In this document: positions 24,744 to 39,046 of the stretch, one piece after another
How the letters are laid out: the number at the start of each line of letters is the position of its first letter
How positions within the stretch are numbered: position 1 is the stretch's first letter
Source of the DNA: Eledone cirrhosa
Taxonomy: Eukaryota
Length of the DNA: 64,000 nt
Direction: 5' to 3'
Assembly (NCBI GenBank): GCA_964016885.1
Contig: OZ024742.1
Coordinates: 23,188,001-23,252,000, forward strand
The notes under the pieces: model-generated
Database searches by the model: none
What the model was told of the DNA's origin: nothing
What the model saw: the letters and a program-made list of their open reading frames with translations, nothing else
Translations under genes and position numbers: made by a program

Positions 24744-25850
24744 TCTATATATATAAAACTGTGGTTGTCTGTCTGTCTATCGATTTTTGGCACACATCTC
24801 CTCTTAGAATCTCTCACGGAATTGCACCGAAATTGCTATACTTGTACATTGAGCCCTAGCGAAGACATCGGGAAAAAAATATTTCAAATTGACCCGCCCT
24901 ATCTGACGAAATCGAATATAATGTATCGATTTTTGAGCGTAAGTGATCAGTTATTTCCCTTTGTTCTGTTTACATTGAGCGTCTGCGTGCAAAAATAAAA
25001 AAAATTACGCTGGCTTTCTCAGCGTTTAAAATGACATTAACACAATCATTTTTACTTGAAAACAAGTCTATTTAAAGACTACGTAAAACAAGCAAATATT
25101 TCGTAAAAAAAAGCAAAAATTATATAAGTTTATTTAAAATATATGTATCTGTAAATTTCGTTACGCGTGCAGTCAGTTTTATATATATATAGATGATAAA
25201 CAATAATATCCTCTATGAGGTCACTAAACCTGCTAGAAACAGCAGCTAACTCTCCCTCATATCACACCACTCCCTACTGTCTTAAATTTAGAAAACACAT
25301 ATCCTCTATGAGGTTACTAAACCTGCTAGAAACAGCAGCTAACTCTCCCTCATATCACACCACTCCCTACTGTCTTAAATTTAGAAAACACATCACATAT
25401 CCTCTATGAGGTTACTAAACCTGCTAGAAACAGCAGCTAACTCTCCCCCATATCATACCCCTCCCTACTGTCTTAAATTTAGAAAACATATCTTCTATGA
25501 GGTCACTAAACCTGCTAGAAACAGCAGCTAACTCTCCCTCATATCACAACCCTCCCTACTGTCTTAAATTTAGAAAACACACAGACAACTATGCAGAACA
25601 ACTCCATCGCAGCTCTGTTGTTCGGCTGGCATCGTCTACTCGCGTGTTGCGCAAGTACTGTGAAACAATAAATTTCAACACTTTTTTGCACAGAGATAAT
25701 ATCCATAGGCGAAACTACAATTGTCACTGCTGGCGCAGCTCATGCTTCCAGGTCTGCAATTCATTCACCCAGTGCCTGGCAGACAAAAAAGTGCTGCAAC
25801 CTAACTTTGGTAACTTAATGACCCCGAGCAACGCCGGGCTTTAATGCTAG
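24744..25850 (+). mobile_element. Non-autonomous Helitron-like element
   Basis: A|TCTATATATATAAAA start, (GTCT)n, 3' hairpin cccgagcaacgccggg (25823-25838), CTAG|T end. Confidence 0.75.
25208..25580. repeat. ~91-98 bp tandem repeat x4 inside the Helitron-like element
   Basis: ctctatgaggt.actaaacctgctagaaacagcagctaactctccc at about 25211, 25304, 25402 and 25493. Confidence 0.9.
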
Positions 25851-25921
25851 TATATATATAAAGTGTTTCTGCAGGAAAGGTAAAGGATAGGAGAGTGCTC
25901 TATGTAGGCTACAGAGCTATT

Positions 25922-26120
25922 TAGTTATGTAATAAACAGCATAAGACAGTTATTTCATTTACCAAACGTTTCACGAGGACAGATGGGTTTGATACAGACG
26001 TCTGATATCGTTTGTCAGGACGAACATTTATTTAAAACGAGTTCAGACTTCTGTGTCAGGCTCGTCTGTCTTCGTGAAACCTTTGGTAAATGAAATAATT
26101 GTCCTATGTTATTTATTACA

Positions 26121-26126
<6 letters not shown>
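25922..26126. repeat. Palindrome (~90 bp arms) with an HHR-like 3' half; related to 63505-63600
   Basis: tagttatgtaataaa...tttcacgaggacaga pairs with tctgtcttcgtgaaac...tttattacataacta. Ends in (TA)n. Confidence 0.75.
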
Positions 26127-26157
<31 letters not shown>

Positions 26158-26240
26158 ATAATAATAAATTTGAAGTTTCAGAAGATCCCGTTAAGGGTTA
26201 AAGCAGCGATTCTTTGCTTAAACTTTAATCTGTTATTTTA

Positions 26241-26412
<172 letters not shown>

Positions 26413-27860
26413 TCTTTTACCTTTTGCGTTACTTTCGCTAGTCCCACACCCTCTCTTTCCTATAACATCACGGCAATTGGTGATAATCTACAGCGATGTT
26501 GATTAAGACTATCATACTGCTGCCGCCTTCCCCTTTACATTGGACAGCTTAAATTTTTATTTTTGTTTATCTAAGTTTCATTTATTTCCTATATTTTCTT
26601 CGGAAATTTCAATCGACATTATCAAAATCTTGATCTGAAAAAAAATTTTAAGGAATGATAGCATCATGTAAGCATCATTTTACAAATTGTAATCTGTTTT
26701 CTGCATTCGTTATATTTCAATATTTATTTTATTAATTAATATTTATTCGGTTTCTATTATTTTTTAAACAAGATCATCTTCTTCAACCTGAAGATCTTTT
26801 GTGAAATTTAAATTCCAGTAAATCTCCTCACATATTACTTTTTTTGTCTTCTGCTTCATGTATTCTAAACATGTCGGTTAGCAATAGTGTGTGAACGATT
26901 CAGATGAAACATGTTCCATTAACATTTTCTATCGAAATAAATCATGTTCTATCATATTCTTCAGTCTTTTAGCCTTTTAGCTAATACAATATTCTCATGC
27001 ACCATGTTGCATTGAAAAAAAAAAAGAAAAGGAATATTTGTGTTAAAAGAAAAAGTGCAAAAATTCTTCGTACATATTGTTTAAATTGTAAATACTTCAA
27101 AATAATTTTATTATTATTTTCTTTCAGTCAATATTTTATTTGATTATTTCTAGAATTTCGGTACTGTTTTGTTTTGTTGAACTGGATTTGGTGAAGAGTG
27201 TCTCAGGGGCCAGAATGTACTGTTACGATATAGTCAGTGAACCTATAGCTCATCACTTTTTTGATATACACGTGGTTTGACGTTATAGATCGGAAAGTGA
27301 AGCAAACGATGAAGATAAGCAGAACGTGAACGAGAAGGAGTTAGTTTTTGGAATAAGAGTCCATAAAAAATGGAGAAATTAATAAAGAAAAGTATTAAAT
27401 GCAAGAATAAGCTGGAAGATATCACGAAGAGAAATAATATTTTAGGATAGAAAGAAGACATGTAAAATAAAGATGATAACGCTTGGAGAATGAGAGAAGT
27501 TGAAAGGTAAGAATATAAGATGAAAGATATAAAGAATAAGACAAAATGTGTAGTATACAAAGGGAAAAAAGTAACTTCTTCAACAATGATTAAATATATT
27601 TAACATTTTACTTCTTAAACCTGCTGAGGTTGACGATATGTATCAATACTGCAGGATTTTGAAGCTGAGAAACTGACACATACTGGAGTAAACTAAAATA
27701 AATATTCATAACCTCTACCTCTGCAAGATATTTTGACATATAAATGTTAGATGCAGTGTGTCCTTGAGAAATGCACATTATGTCGTGCTTCTCCATTTTA
27801 CTCAGCTGTAGAAAAAAGTTTCAAGGCCAGATCATTACGAGAATTCTTGCTTCGCCATAC

Positions 27861-27995
27861 TGTGGTTAGTGGTTAGAGCATTGGACTTGCAATCGAAAGG
27901 TTATGAGTTCAATCCTCGGACCGGTTGATGTGATGTTTCCTTGAGCAAGTCACTTTATTTCACGTTGCTCCAGTTTACTCAGCTGTGAAAATGAG
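27861..27995 (+). mobile_element. tRNA-derived SINE, family 2 (5' part)
   Basis: tggttagtggttagagc A box, gagttcaatcc B box, core tccttgagcaagtcactttatttcacgttgctccagt. Related pieces at 21590-21692(-), 41893-42070(+) and 44375-44485(-). Confidence 0.78.
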
Positions 27996-29567
27996 ATGAT
28001 AGGACTGGGGTCCCTATCATTAAATCACCCAATACACCCCTAACGAGATATACCTTGGAGTAAGCCAGCTAAACCTGCATAGGTGTGAGCTGTAACAACA
28101 ACAACAACAATCCTGTGGTATCAAACTCGGATCTCAAATCACAAATCACAGTGATATGATTATACACTACAAACAATTGTTACAAGGTCTACTACCAATT
28201 CTATTATTTACCACTGTGTTAATGATATTAATCGTTTTTAAAATTGACAGAAGACAAAGAGTTAGAGCGAATTGTATTGCAGAAAACTGTATATTGCTAG
28301 TTATTTTAAATATACATTTGTAGACATCGATATAAATATCACACAGACCATCATACTGTGTTTGAAATTCCTCAAACGTAGTAGAATTGAGACTTACCCT
28401 CTGGCAGAATTTAGAGCCAAGTTTATGATTTAGATAAAATATGAGATACAATAACATTGAATGAATGATATGCATAGTAAACATTTTATTGAAAGACATT
28501 CATACAGGAAGATTTACTTTTCAGATAGCACTACAGAGATATCTTGGGTCGGAGGAATACAGAATGTCAATGGCTTTTGGGCGTAAAAGAATTCTAAATA
28601 ACTTCCTCACTAAGAATTCTTGTATACATTACTTTTCGGGTATTTTTCTAAATAAGAAACATGGAAAGCAATTTCCTATTGCTGAAACGTTAATGCTTGA
28701 ACACCAATATCAATAGCAGTAACAACAACTTTCGTCAAATATTTAATTTTATGTTGTCATCAACACGAGCATGCGCTGACAAAGAAACTATAATATTACT
28801 AACACAGCATGTATTTTACAAAATTTCCACCCATGATATAACAAGGCTCAAACAGCGTGTATTCTAATCAATCAACTGAAAAATCTACCTATTGTAATAA
28901 CTTACCTTCCACATCAAATACTCTACACTATCATCCTTAAAAACCACAACACATTCTATAAAATTAGCAATTTCTAAAGAATCACCTCATAAAGCTACGA
29001 CAAAACACACATTACATATTCTACATAACCACCACCCGATACTATAACACAGATTATACAGAACTTTGATAAATAATCATCACACAACACTATAACAGAA
29101 AGCACACATTATATAATGTATAAAATCCTAACACAATATATAGCCAAACGTATATATCATACATTCTACGCTATCACATATCAATCGTATAACACAATAT
29201 ACACAGTTTATTTTCTGCACCCAGTACTATACAGCATAAATTAGTACATACTCTATACATTCATTAACATAACATACATAAAACAAAGGCGATTTTGACC
29301 TCGACAGTATTTGACCTCTGAGAGCAGAGGTCGATAAAATAGTACTAGTTGATACTTCCTCTCTATCTCTTTCTCTCACTCGTTATCATTTCCTGGAAGA
29401 AATCTAGAGAGGATCGGGCTACGCCAGGTTTAAAAATTATTTAGAAATGGCGGTTGTCAATGGGGCGCCCCTTGCCCTCTGGGGAGTTACGGGTCGAACC
29501 CAAACATTTAATAATTCATACAGGAATCGCAGACATAAGGTTCTAAAAAACTTCGCTAAGTACAAAC

Positions 29568-30060
29568 CACTACATCCCTACGGACAACTGACGCTGCACA
29601 CCAGGTGTCGAACACGAAAGAGCCAAACTTCCACTGTCATCGCCTTCATCTCGCCACGCCTCCTGCAACTGTCACGGCACATATTCGACACAATCACAGC
29701 CCAATACTATAAAAGCACATCGGTCGTTCTCTGACAGGTTTAAAGTCGATGGAGACTTCTGGTGTCCTTCGTCCTAGGGATACCTCCTTACTTACCACTA
29801 TAGGCGCTTAGCTGGCTACCCGCAGGTGTGAGCCCCACGAGATGGAATGGATCTTCCAGTGCATCTCCCTTACCATCCTCCTGGGAAACGCATTCTTATT
29901 CTGTCTGCCGTGGCCGGGAGTGGCCAGCACGTGGGACCCCATTTGCTCATAATAGAGAGAGATGGGGAGGAGGAAAGAGATGAAGGTGATGACACTGGGA
30001 GTTTGGCTGTTCTGTGTTCGGACCTGTTGTGCCACGTCAGTTGTCCGTAGGGAAGTAGTG
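29568..30060. mobile_element. MITE with ~85 bp terminal inverted repeats, CACTAC...GTAGTG
   Basis: cactacatccctacggacaactgacg...ccttcatctc pairs with gagatgaagg...cgtcagttgtccgtagggaagtagtg. Partial related copy at 32870-33078 in the opposite orientation. Confidence 0.72.
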
Positions 30061-30259
30061 ATTGATCTACTATCACCTAGGGCGCTGATTTCACGGGGTG
30101 TAATTTCTTCAAAACTGACTCGACCGAACTACACGCATATTCTATGTAATTCAATACCCTACAAAACCACTGTTCGATACTCTAACTCAACAGCTCTACT
30201 TTTACGAATTCGAATGCGCAGATGATAGTGGCGGGAAAACCTGTTTGGAATTAATAATG

Positions 30260-30640
30260 GTTTCCGATTTAGGCACAAGGTCAACCATTTTGGGGAAGGG
30301 GAAGTATCTTAAATCGACCCCAGTGCATTACTGGTACTTCATTTTAGGGAGCCGGTAAGGATGATAATCAAAGTTAACCTCAGTCAGATTTGAACTCAGA
30401 ATATAAAGGGAAATAAATCTATACTGCAAAGAATGGTGTCCGACAATGATAATGATTTCTAGTAAAGACACAAGGCCAGTTATTTGGTCGATTAAGGGGC
30501 CCTCAGTGCGTTACTGGTACTTTATTTTATTGACCTCGTAAGGATGAAAGGCAAATTTAACCTCGGCGGGATTTGAACTCAGACCATAAAGGGCCGTAAC
30601 TCTTTGCTTCAAAGCATGGTATCCGACTCTCTACCGATAC
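30260..30640 (-). mobile_element. Two tandem SINE family 1 copies
   Basis: Two successive reverse-complement copies (30260-30445 diverged, 30454-30640). Confidence 0.8.
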
Positions 30641-30917
30641 AATAATAATAATAACAGAACTCATTATGAAGTTGATCATCCTGTTGATGATAAGGATAGG
30701 GATATCTCATTTTGGAAAGTGGAAAGTTATAGTTGACTCCATATATAACTGGTATTAATATATCAACAATGGACTAATGAACCAAAAAACTATATTTGGG
30801 GGTATTTGAACACTTCTTGTCATAGGACGAAATTATATATTATAAAGCATATAATACCAAGGCGTGTATGTGTGTGTCGTTGAAGATGTATGTCTGATGC
30901 GTGATAATATGCGTTTG

Positions 30918-31025
<108 letters not shown>

Positions 31026-31152
31026 CATATATATATATACACACATACACAAAGCAAATACGTCCAGACAACAAACACTCACACTGAACACACTCGCACA
31101 TGCATAAACACACTCATACAGACATAAACACACAAATATACACACATATATT

Positions 31153-31251
<99 letters not shown>

Positions 31252-31575
31252 GAATGTATTATATATGCATGTGTTTCTATGTGAGTAGACGAGTGTGGTA
31301 CGATGGGTAAATCCGTTATTGAGGTGTAGGTTTGTCCCTCATTGAAGTGCAATCTGAGAAAAACCCTCTGTGTTGGATTTCTATTTCCTTATTTATGATT
31401 AGAATCTATTGAGAAACGGAAATTACAACGGTAAAAGTTGATTTATTTTCAAGAGGGAGACAGAGTTGTCCGTTAATATAAAATAAAACTACGATCAAAT
31501 TGTCTCATTGACAATTGATTATATATATATACACACACACACACATATATACATATTTATATATACACACACACA

Positions 31576-31647
<72 letters not shown>

Positions 31648-31699
31648 GTACGTATATGTACGTATGCATGTATGTTAGTATATATGTATATACGAATGC

Positions 31700-31731
<32 letters not shown>

Positions 31732-32675
31732 TTGTGTATGTGTGTTTGTGTGTGTGAAACAGACATAAATATTTAAGTAGATAGATAGGTATCCAGATTG
31801 ATAGATCTTCAAGTAGACAAGCTTTGCTGTTCTTAGACTACCTGTAATCATCTAAATATATTCGTTTCTTTTCTCATCGATACATTCCAATATATCACAC
31901 TCAATTCGAATTGTAAATTTCCAGACATATTTCGACCTAACTCACATCTTTTGTAGCGTTGTTAGTAGAAGCAGGTGTTTTCTTTCATTTTACATTTCCG
32001 AATACGAAGTCAGCACATTCTATATAAAATTGCTAAGTTTTCTTTCACGTTTTTAGAATTTCTCCATAACTCTATCTAACTGTAGTTTCCTTTATCGTTC
32101 AGAAATATTTCATATATCTCCGACAAATATCTCGATTAGCAACTATTCGTTTTATTTAATTTCTAAGCATTTAGTTCATTTGTCAATTTATCAGATCTTT
32201 CCTGGTATATTTGCTTGCTATTCTTGCAACCTTATCTGCTGTTAAATTGATAATGATGAGTGAAAAGAAAGTTTATCGTTTTCTGACGTACCGAAGAAGA
32301 GTGAGTGAAGAAATAAAATAGTTTGTTGACATGATTTAGATAAGAAATACTGTCAGAGACAGAGAGACAACACTCATAAAGCTATTTCTACAACTCACAC
32401 CATTGCTCTGAGCTAGCAATAGCTAATTGATATCTAGCTTTCCTATACAATGTGACTAACTTATTCGCTAAGATTACTCGTCTGGCAAAATAATTAAAAT
32501 AACATAAAGGTGGTTTATATATGGGGTTATATTTCTACGCTCACTGAGATCAATTTTCAATGAGTAGACTTTATATTTTATTTTTCCGAGATCGATCAAA
32601 TATGTATTACTAACATATCGATGTATCTACTTTAACAAGGTGACATTTCAATTTTATGTTAATAAAACCAGATAA

Positions 32676-32860
32676 TTGTTTCTATTTTTGGCAGAAGGCT
32701 AGCAAATACCCAGTGCATTACTGGTATTTTATTTTATCGACCCCGTAAGGATGAAAGGCAACGTTAACCTCGGCGGGATTTGAACTCAGAATAGCAAGGG
32801 CCGTAACTCTATGCGTCAAAGCATGGCGCCTGACCCTCTACCGATACTGCGAATCCACCG
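32676..32860 (-). mobile_element. SINE family 1
   Basis: Reverse complement of the consensus. Confidence 0.85.
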
Positions 32861-35495
32861 AACCAAATAATACCAACAAGGACTGAACATAATAGAATAA
32901 AATTCCCATTGTCACTGCCTACATCTCTCTCGCCCTCCTCATCTCTCACGCGGCGGTCGCAATAGAGAAGGCTTTTCCTCGGAGGATGGTCAGGGAGACA
33001 TGCTGGAAGAGACATTCCTGCTCGCTTCGCTCACACCCGCGGTTAGCCAACTCCGTGCGGATAGTGGTGAATAGGGACTATAAATCTTACCTAACATTAC
33101 GTATTAGACAGATATTCTGTAGTAAATAATATTGAAACAAAACATTCTTCATGTCCCAGGAATTCATTTATCACACTCCCTGCTGTCACATTATCTATAC
33201 AAATTAAATTATGTTATTTAACTAAGCATACTGTAATTGATCATTTACAGTCAATGTCTCTTTAGTTAGATAGGGAGTGTACGATGATAAATAGATAACA
33301 AAGGATGGGAACTAATCCAGTTGGTCCTTCTTTTGTCCTAAGGACTTCGTATGTAAAACTAATGTGATTACATCTCTATATACATACAGTGATTGCTTAA
33401 GTTTATTTTCCAGAGAAAATGCACTCACGCTCTTTCACTGTACATGTCTCGTTTAGTCAATCCGGGTCGACTGGAGTGGCAGTGTTATGAATGTTCTGGA
33501 TGTGGTGATATAGACAATCTTTCTCAACTCCAATCGTATGTTGATATACTTGTACCTGAACGATTGTGCAATTGGTACCTTCAGAAAACTGGCGATTATA
33601 ATCCGATTGGAACCAGGAAGCAATATTTCCTCAGAAGTCTTGAATTATAGTTAGGAACCTCTCATGTATTACGGTTACGGGCGAACTGATTAGTACATAA
33701 TTTTAATTCCACAGTTGGAATGTATCGAGGCAACAGGAATAAGACAATGCTTGATTAGTACTTTTTAAACGATCTCAAATTGATGAAAGGAAAAGTTGCC
33801 CTCGGCAGGATTTGAACTCAGAGAGCAGAGAGCCGAGAGAGGAAATGGATTCTACAAAGAATTATATCCGACGTTCTAACGATTCTGCATATTCGCAGTA
33901 TCTTCATTAACTAATGTTTATTTTGCACGTTGTTTTTTTCTTATTGAACTTTTCGTTAGTAAACCAAAAATTAAATGCTAGATTAGAGAGATTTAAATAG
34001 AGATTTCTACATCTATGGAGACGCTTGATAGCTGTATGCATGTATAGGCATTTGTTTGTGTTATAATGCAAAACCAACTCGTCAATATGAAACTAGAAAC
34101 AAGGAAATCTAGAGAACGTGATTCGGAAATCTTATACACAATGCAAATGCCAATGTAAATAGAAAAGCTGGAAAATTCATGCCCGGAATTTTTACATAAA
34201 AAACACGGACGCTTTGTCTCTGTTGTCAAGGCTTTTAAAATAAAGAGTCACTGCAAAACGTTAGGGAGCAGGTGACACAATGTCATTAAATTGAACAACA
34301 TTAGTTGGCAATACAGTTAATATCTAAAGTATGGATGATTCTGTTACAGCAAAATAACGGCTAAAAATCAACACTCAGATAAACAAATTTACTACAACTT
34401 ATTCATAGTTATATATCCGCCGTTGAAAATTCTACAATTATGTCTATACTCCTTTGCAGTCCACAGGAAACATGTCAAATATACAACGTAAATTGTCCAT
34501 GTACTGATGGATTTAGAAACGCCATTGTTCCTTATCAGCAACTAATAAAGGAAACTCTTTACAAATAAATATTCACATCGAACGGATTCGCATCTTTAAC
34601 ATACAAAAGACATTCTGTTCACCATTTTCAAAAATATATATATGTATATATGTTATCTATACACATAAACGCCCAGACGCACGCACACACACACAGATAC
34701 ACATACGCACACGCATAATCTTATATATATATATATATATATATACACATACATATATATTTATATATATGTACATATATACGTATATATATATGTATAT
34801 ATATATATTTATAGATAACAGTACACACATATGTACATCTATCCATCTATCCGTACTTACATACATACGTATATAATGAAGTAATTCTTAAGACTGAAGT
34901 CGAAGTTTGTTGGGAATAATTAAACTAGCTGCTTTGCTCCATGGTTGGTTCTAGCATTGTTATTAATTATTTATGGTAAATGCTTGCCATCTCTGAAAGT
35001 AGTGCATTATATTCTGGTCTGCTATTTAATTGTGCTTAGTCACGACTTTCTTAACTCCGCTTAGATTCCTTCTTTTCTTCCTTGCAAGTTCACTTTCCAT
35101 TCAGAGCCTACTTACATCCTACCCACCCCTCCGCTTATTTCTCTCCACCTTCCGTCCACACGAAATGTCTTTATGTGCTTTCACTATATGGGTCGATGTA
35201 GACTTTTAATTAGACCTCCATGCTGAGGAGACTAAGTGAATGTTCCCTGATAACAAACAGTAAATATAAAGTAATAGCATGGTTTCAGCAAATAATAACC
35301 GCGACAATATTACCATAATCATCATCATCATCATCACTATTATCAATATCAGAATTATCATCATTTTCAACATCATATTTTATGCAGATCATCATCAATG
35401 TCCAGAGAAGTGACAACAACAAAGAAAACAACATACCAGCTTATTCTATGCTAATCCATAAAAACTCCTTTCTCCTATACACATGCACACCACTC

Positions 35496-35581
<86 letters not shown>

Positions 35582-36204
35582 ATATATCGTTGAAAATGAG
35601 CGAACAAAACACAGGAGGCAATTGTATATATATATATATATAAATCTATCTATATATATACATATATATTTATATATATATATATATGTATGACCTATAT
35701 TCTATTATATACGAGCTCTATTATTCTATTAGCATAAATGGAGAAAAACGTTAATAGTACAACTATAAATAAAGAACGAAAGAAGGCAAAAAGATCATTT
35801 ATATTCTTGCAGCCCGTCACATTAATTTGACTTTTATATTCCGATGTATTTGCTTTGTTAATATACTTGTTAATGTAATATGCTCAGTCCGTTGTTTTCT
35901 GTGTAGTATTGTTTTAAAAGTTACACAATAAAACTTGATGAAACTAAAATTTTGGACGTTTCAAAAGAAACGAAAATATGTGAAAATCATAGTGAAAATA
36001 TAATACGTATATGCTACATTTGTGATATTCTAAGTTGCTATAAGAGGAGTCGGATACATGCCGTGTTGTGGCTTTCTAAGTTCTGGGTCTTCCTCACCCT
36101 GCGGTCAACTTTGATTGTAATCATTTCGTCGTTGTCATTTAAGTAAGTACCATTTCACTACTGGGGTCAAATATCCCTTTCCTCACCCCCTTTCTCCTCT
36201 CTCA

Positions 36205-36267
<63 letters not shown>

Positions 36268-36424
36268 ATATATATATATATATATTTACGTAGAGCACGG
36301 AGCGTATGTGCATAAACACACATGTACTGTGTCGTATTTTGACAGCATTGTATAAGCTCAATGTACGAGAACAGAGCCGTTATATGTAAAAGAAATCAAA
36401 GAACGCTTACATACACAACAGTTT

Positions 36425-36483
36425 TTATTTGCTGGCAATGTTTCATCCATACCGTTAGCCAGGAATCATCAGAGCTTAATAAA
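36425..36483 (-). ncRNA. Type I hammerhead ribozyme (family C), cleavage triplet mutated to GCC
   Basis: Minus strand reads ttattaagct CTGATGA ttcc..ggat GAAA cattg CC agcaaataa. Confidence 0.7.
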
Positions 36484-38454
36484 CAATAACACAGTGCTGA
36501 GTATAAGCTCTACCAAGCTTAGTCACACAATTGGAATACGATAGAGGGTAAAAAGAGGGAGATCGGAGATGCCGAATAAGGAGGGAGTACATGTTGGGGT
36601 TGTTATTAAGCACTACAGCTAAATGCTAGGGTAGAGGCAGATTTTTTCACAATATGCAGATGCAAGTGATGGCACACAAAAGCAAAAAGTATAAACAATG
36701 GTTAAAACATATAATAAACAAGTAAAAGGAAGATAATATAAAGAGTTAAATAAATAAAAAAGATAAAATGTTAAAAAGAAAAAAAAGAAAAAAGGAAAAA
36801 AGAAAAAATATAAAAAGAAAAAAAGAAAAAAAAAAGAAGAAAAAAAAAGGAAAAAAAGGAAAAAAAGAAAAAAAAGAAAAAAAAGAAAAAAAGAAAAAAA
36901 GAAAAAAGAAAAAAAAGGAAAAAAGAAAAAGAAAACAAAGAAAAAAAGAAAAAAAGAAAAAAAGGAAAATAGAAAAAAAGAAAAAAAGAAAAAAAGAAAA
37001 AAAGAAAAAAAGAAAAAAAGAAAAAAAGAAAAAAAGAAAAAAAGAAAAAAAGAAAAAAAAAAAAAAAGAAAAAAAAGAAAAAAAAAAGAAAAAGAGAAAT
37101 AAGAAAAAAGAAAAAAGTTTTAATTGTGAATTCCCTTTACCGTAGAATTTAAATGTTATACTTCTATTTGAACCCAACCTGTTTGAACACTCCACCATAA
37201 TGGAATTTGTAATGCTATTATTGGGCTTATTGACTTTTGATAAAGTAACCGAGTTTTAATAGTCTTTAGTATGATACACTTGACAATGCTGGAGGTCCAT
37301 TAATAATTAATAACAATATAGTTGTTATTTGTACGAAATTGTTGATTTAGTATGAGTTTCTGTTGGTGATTAAAAATTATTTTTTTGTAGGCAGTTCGAA
37401 TTAAATAACCTTATAGATGACAAATTAGAGTAGTCTCCCTTTCTTTACCACTATGACGTCATTATTTGATGACTGAAAACGTCATGAATTGATGTGTATA
37501 TATATATATGCCCATAGCGGTGACGAACGAAGTAGCATGTTTTATGGAGCCGAATTTCTAAATTTTTGCGGGGTATATAAGCTGTCTTATATATTCTCTG
37601 CATACCTGTTTGGGTATAACCCGACCTAGCAGACATACTGGGATACCTGTTGGATTTAATGATTTGAGCACTTTGTGTTATTTTCTTTTCTGTTTTGTAT
37701 AGATTGTTAACCCACGTCCTGTTCGGATTGCTGCTGAAATTAACCTGGCATTGTTTTTGATGTGTTCGCGGCTGGATTTTGTGTGGAGAATTTGGTTGTA
37801 CAGAATCTGGAACTGAAACTTGAACACATTGTGCTTCACGGTCTGGGATCTGAAACCTGTGGAGATTGTTTGATGTATAGATCCAGCATATAATACGTGT
37901 TACTAGATGTGATGTTATGTTTGGGTGATCATATACATCCAACTAATTTGTACTTTATGAACGATCTACATATGTTGTATAATCTAGACTGATTTGTTAT
38001 CTACTAACAATCCAATATCTCTATAACCCCTAGACAATCGGGGCATATATAACCGATTGGTCTAACCTCTACGGTAAATATGCATAAGTAGTAACTCTTT
38101 GCCAGATGTGTGTTTTTTACAGTAACTAAACCATTATTGTTGGGTTTTTTGCTTCAGCTCTATCTTGTAATAACCCCGCTTTGCCTGTGTATGGATTCTA
38201 TTTATGTGGTACCTCTCTATATACTTGTTGAACACATATGGGCCACGTAATTCAATTACTTACTAGTATACCTTGCTTATGTATACTATGGCCAGGATTA
38301 AAATCACTTTGGGCATTCTGGCGGTACCTTAAGAACCTCTTAGTAGCTATATAACTATAAGTTACGGAGATCTTGTTCACTTGTTATATATAGGGACCAC
38401 CGCTTAACTTCCTCTGGCTTTTTATGTGCTTAAAACTTTTTCTTTTTTCTTATT

Positions 38455-38489
<35 letters not shown>

Positions 38490-38944
38490 CCTTTTTTTTT
38501 TTTTTTCTTCTTTTCTTTATTTCTTTTTTTTCTTTTTTCTTTTTTTTCTTTTTTTCTTTTTTTCTTTTTTTCTTTTTTTCTTTTTTTCTTTTTTCTTTTT
38601 TCGTTTTTTCTTTTTTTCTTTTTTCTTTTTTTCCTTTTTTTCTTTTTACAATTTTTTAATATTTTTTTATTTATTTTTTATCTCTATATTATCTTCCTTT
38701 TACTTTTTTATTATGTTTTAACCATTGTTTATACTTTTTGCTTTTGTGTGCCATCACTTGCATCTGCATCTTGTGAAAAAATCTGCCTGTACCCTAGCAT
38801 TTAGCTGTAGTGCTTAATAACAACCCCAACATGTACTCTCTACTTATTCGCCATCTCCGATCTCCCTATTTTTACCCTCTATTGTATTCCAATTGTTTGT
38901 GTGACTAAGCTTGGTGAAGCTGATACTCAACACTGTATTTTTGT

Positions 38945-39002
38945 TTATTAAGCTCTGATAATTCCCGCCCAACGGTATGTATGAAACATTGTCAGCAAAT
39001 AA
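38945..39002 (+). ncRNA. Type I hammerhead ribozyme (family C), core mutated (CTGATAA)
   Basis: ttattaagct CTGATAA ttcccgcccaacggtatgtat GAAA cattg TC agcaaataa. Confidence 0.68.
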
Positions 39003-39046
39003 AAACTGTTTGAGTATGTAGGTGTTCTTTGATTTCTTTTACATAT

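Larger units (their letters stand above)
36382..39046 (-). mobile_element. Second PLE-like element with inverted HHR-bearing arms containing long A-rich/T-rich tracts
   Basis: 36382-37123 is the reverse complement of 38430-39046. One HHR per arm. The 1.3 kb interior is too decayed to translate confidently. Confidence 0.75.

Noticed and set aside
25208-25580. Regular repeats resembling a CRISPR array or an HHR array (ctatgagg..cct..gaaac)
   Set aside because: No unique spacers or cas genes in a eukaryotic context. The HHR core is incomplete, with extra bases before GAAA.
27608-28499. Minus-strand ORFs with exon-like or signal-peptide-like appearance
   Set aside because: No recognisable homology, and adjacent candidate exons contain stops.
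33393-33650. Possible exon (ttttccag acceptor; WQCYECSGCGD)
   Set aside because: Single short ORF with no neighbouring exons or recognisable domain.
36746-37198. Lys-rich and Phe-rich ORFs
   Set aside because: Low-complexity A-rich tract belonging to an inverted-repeat arm.
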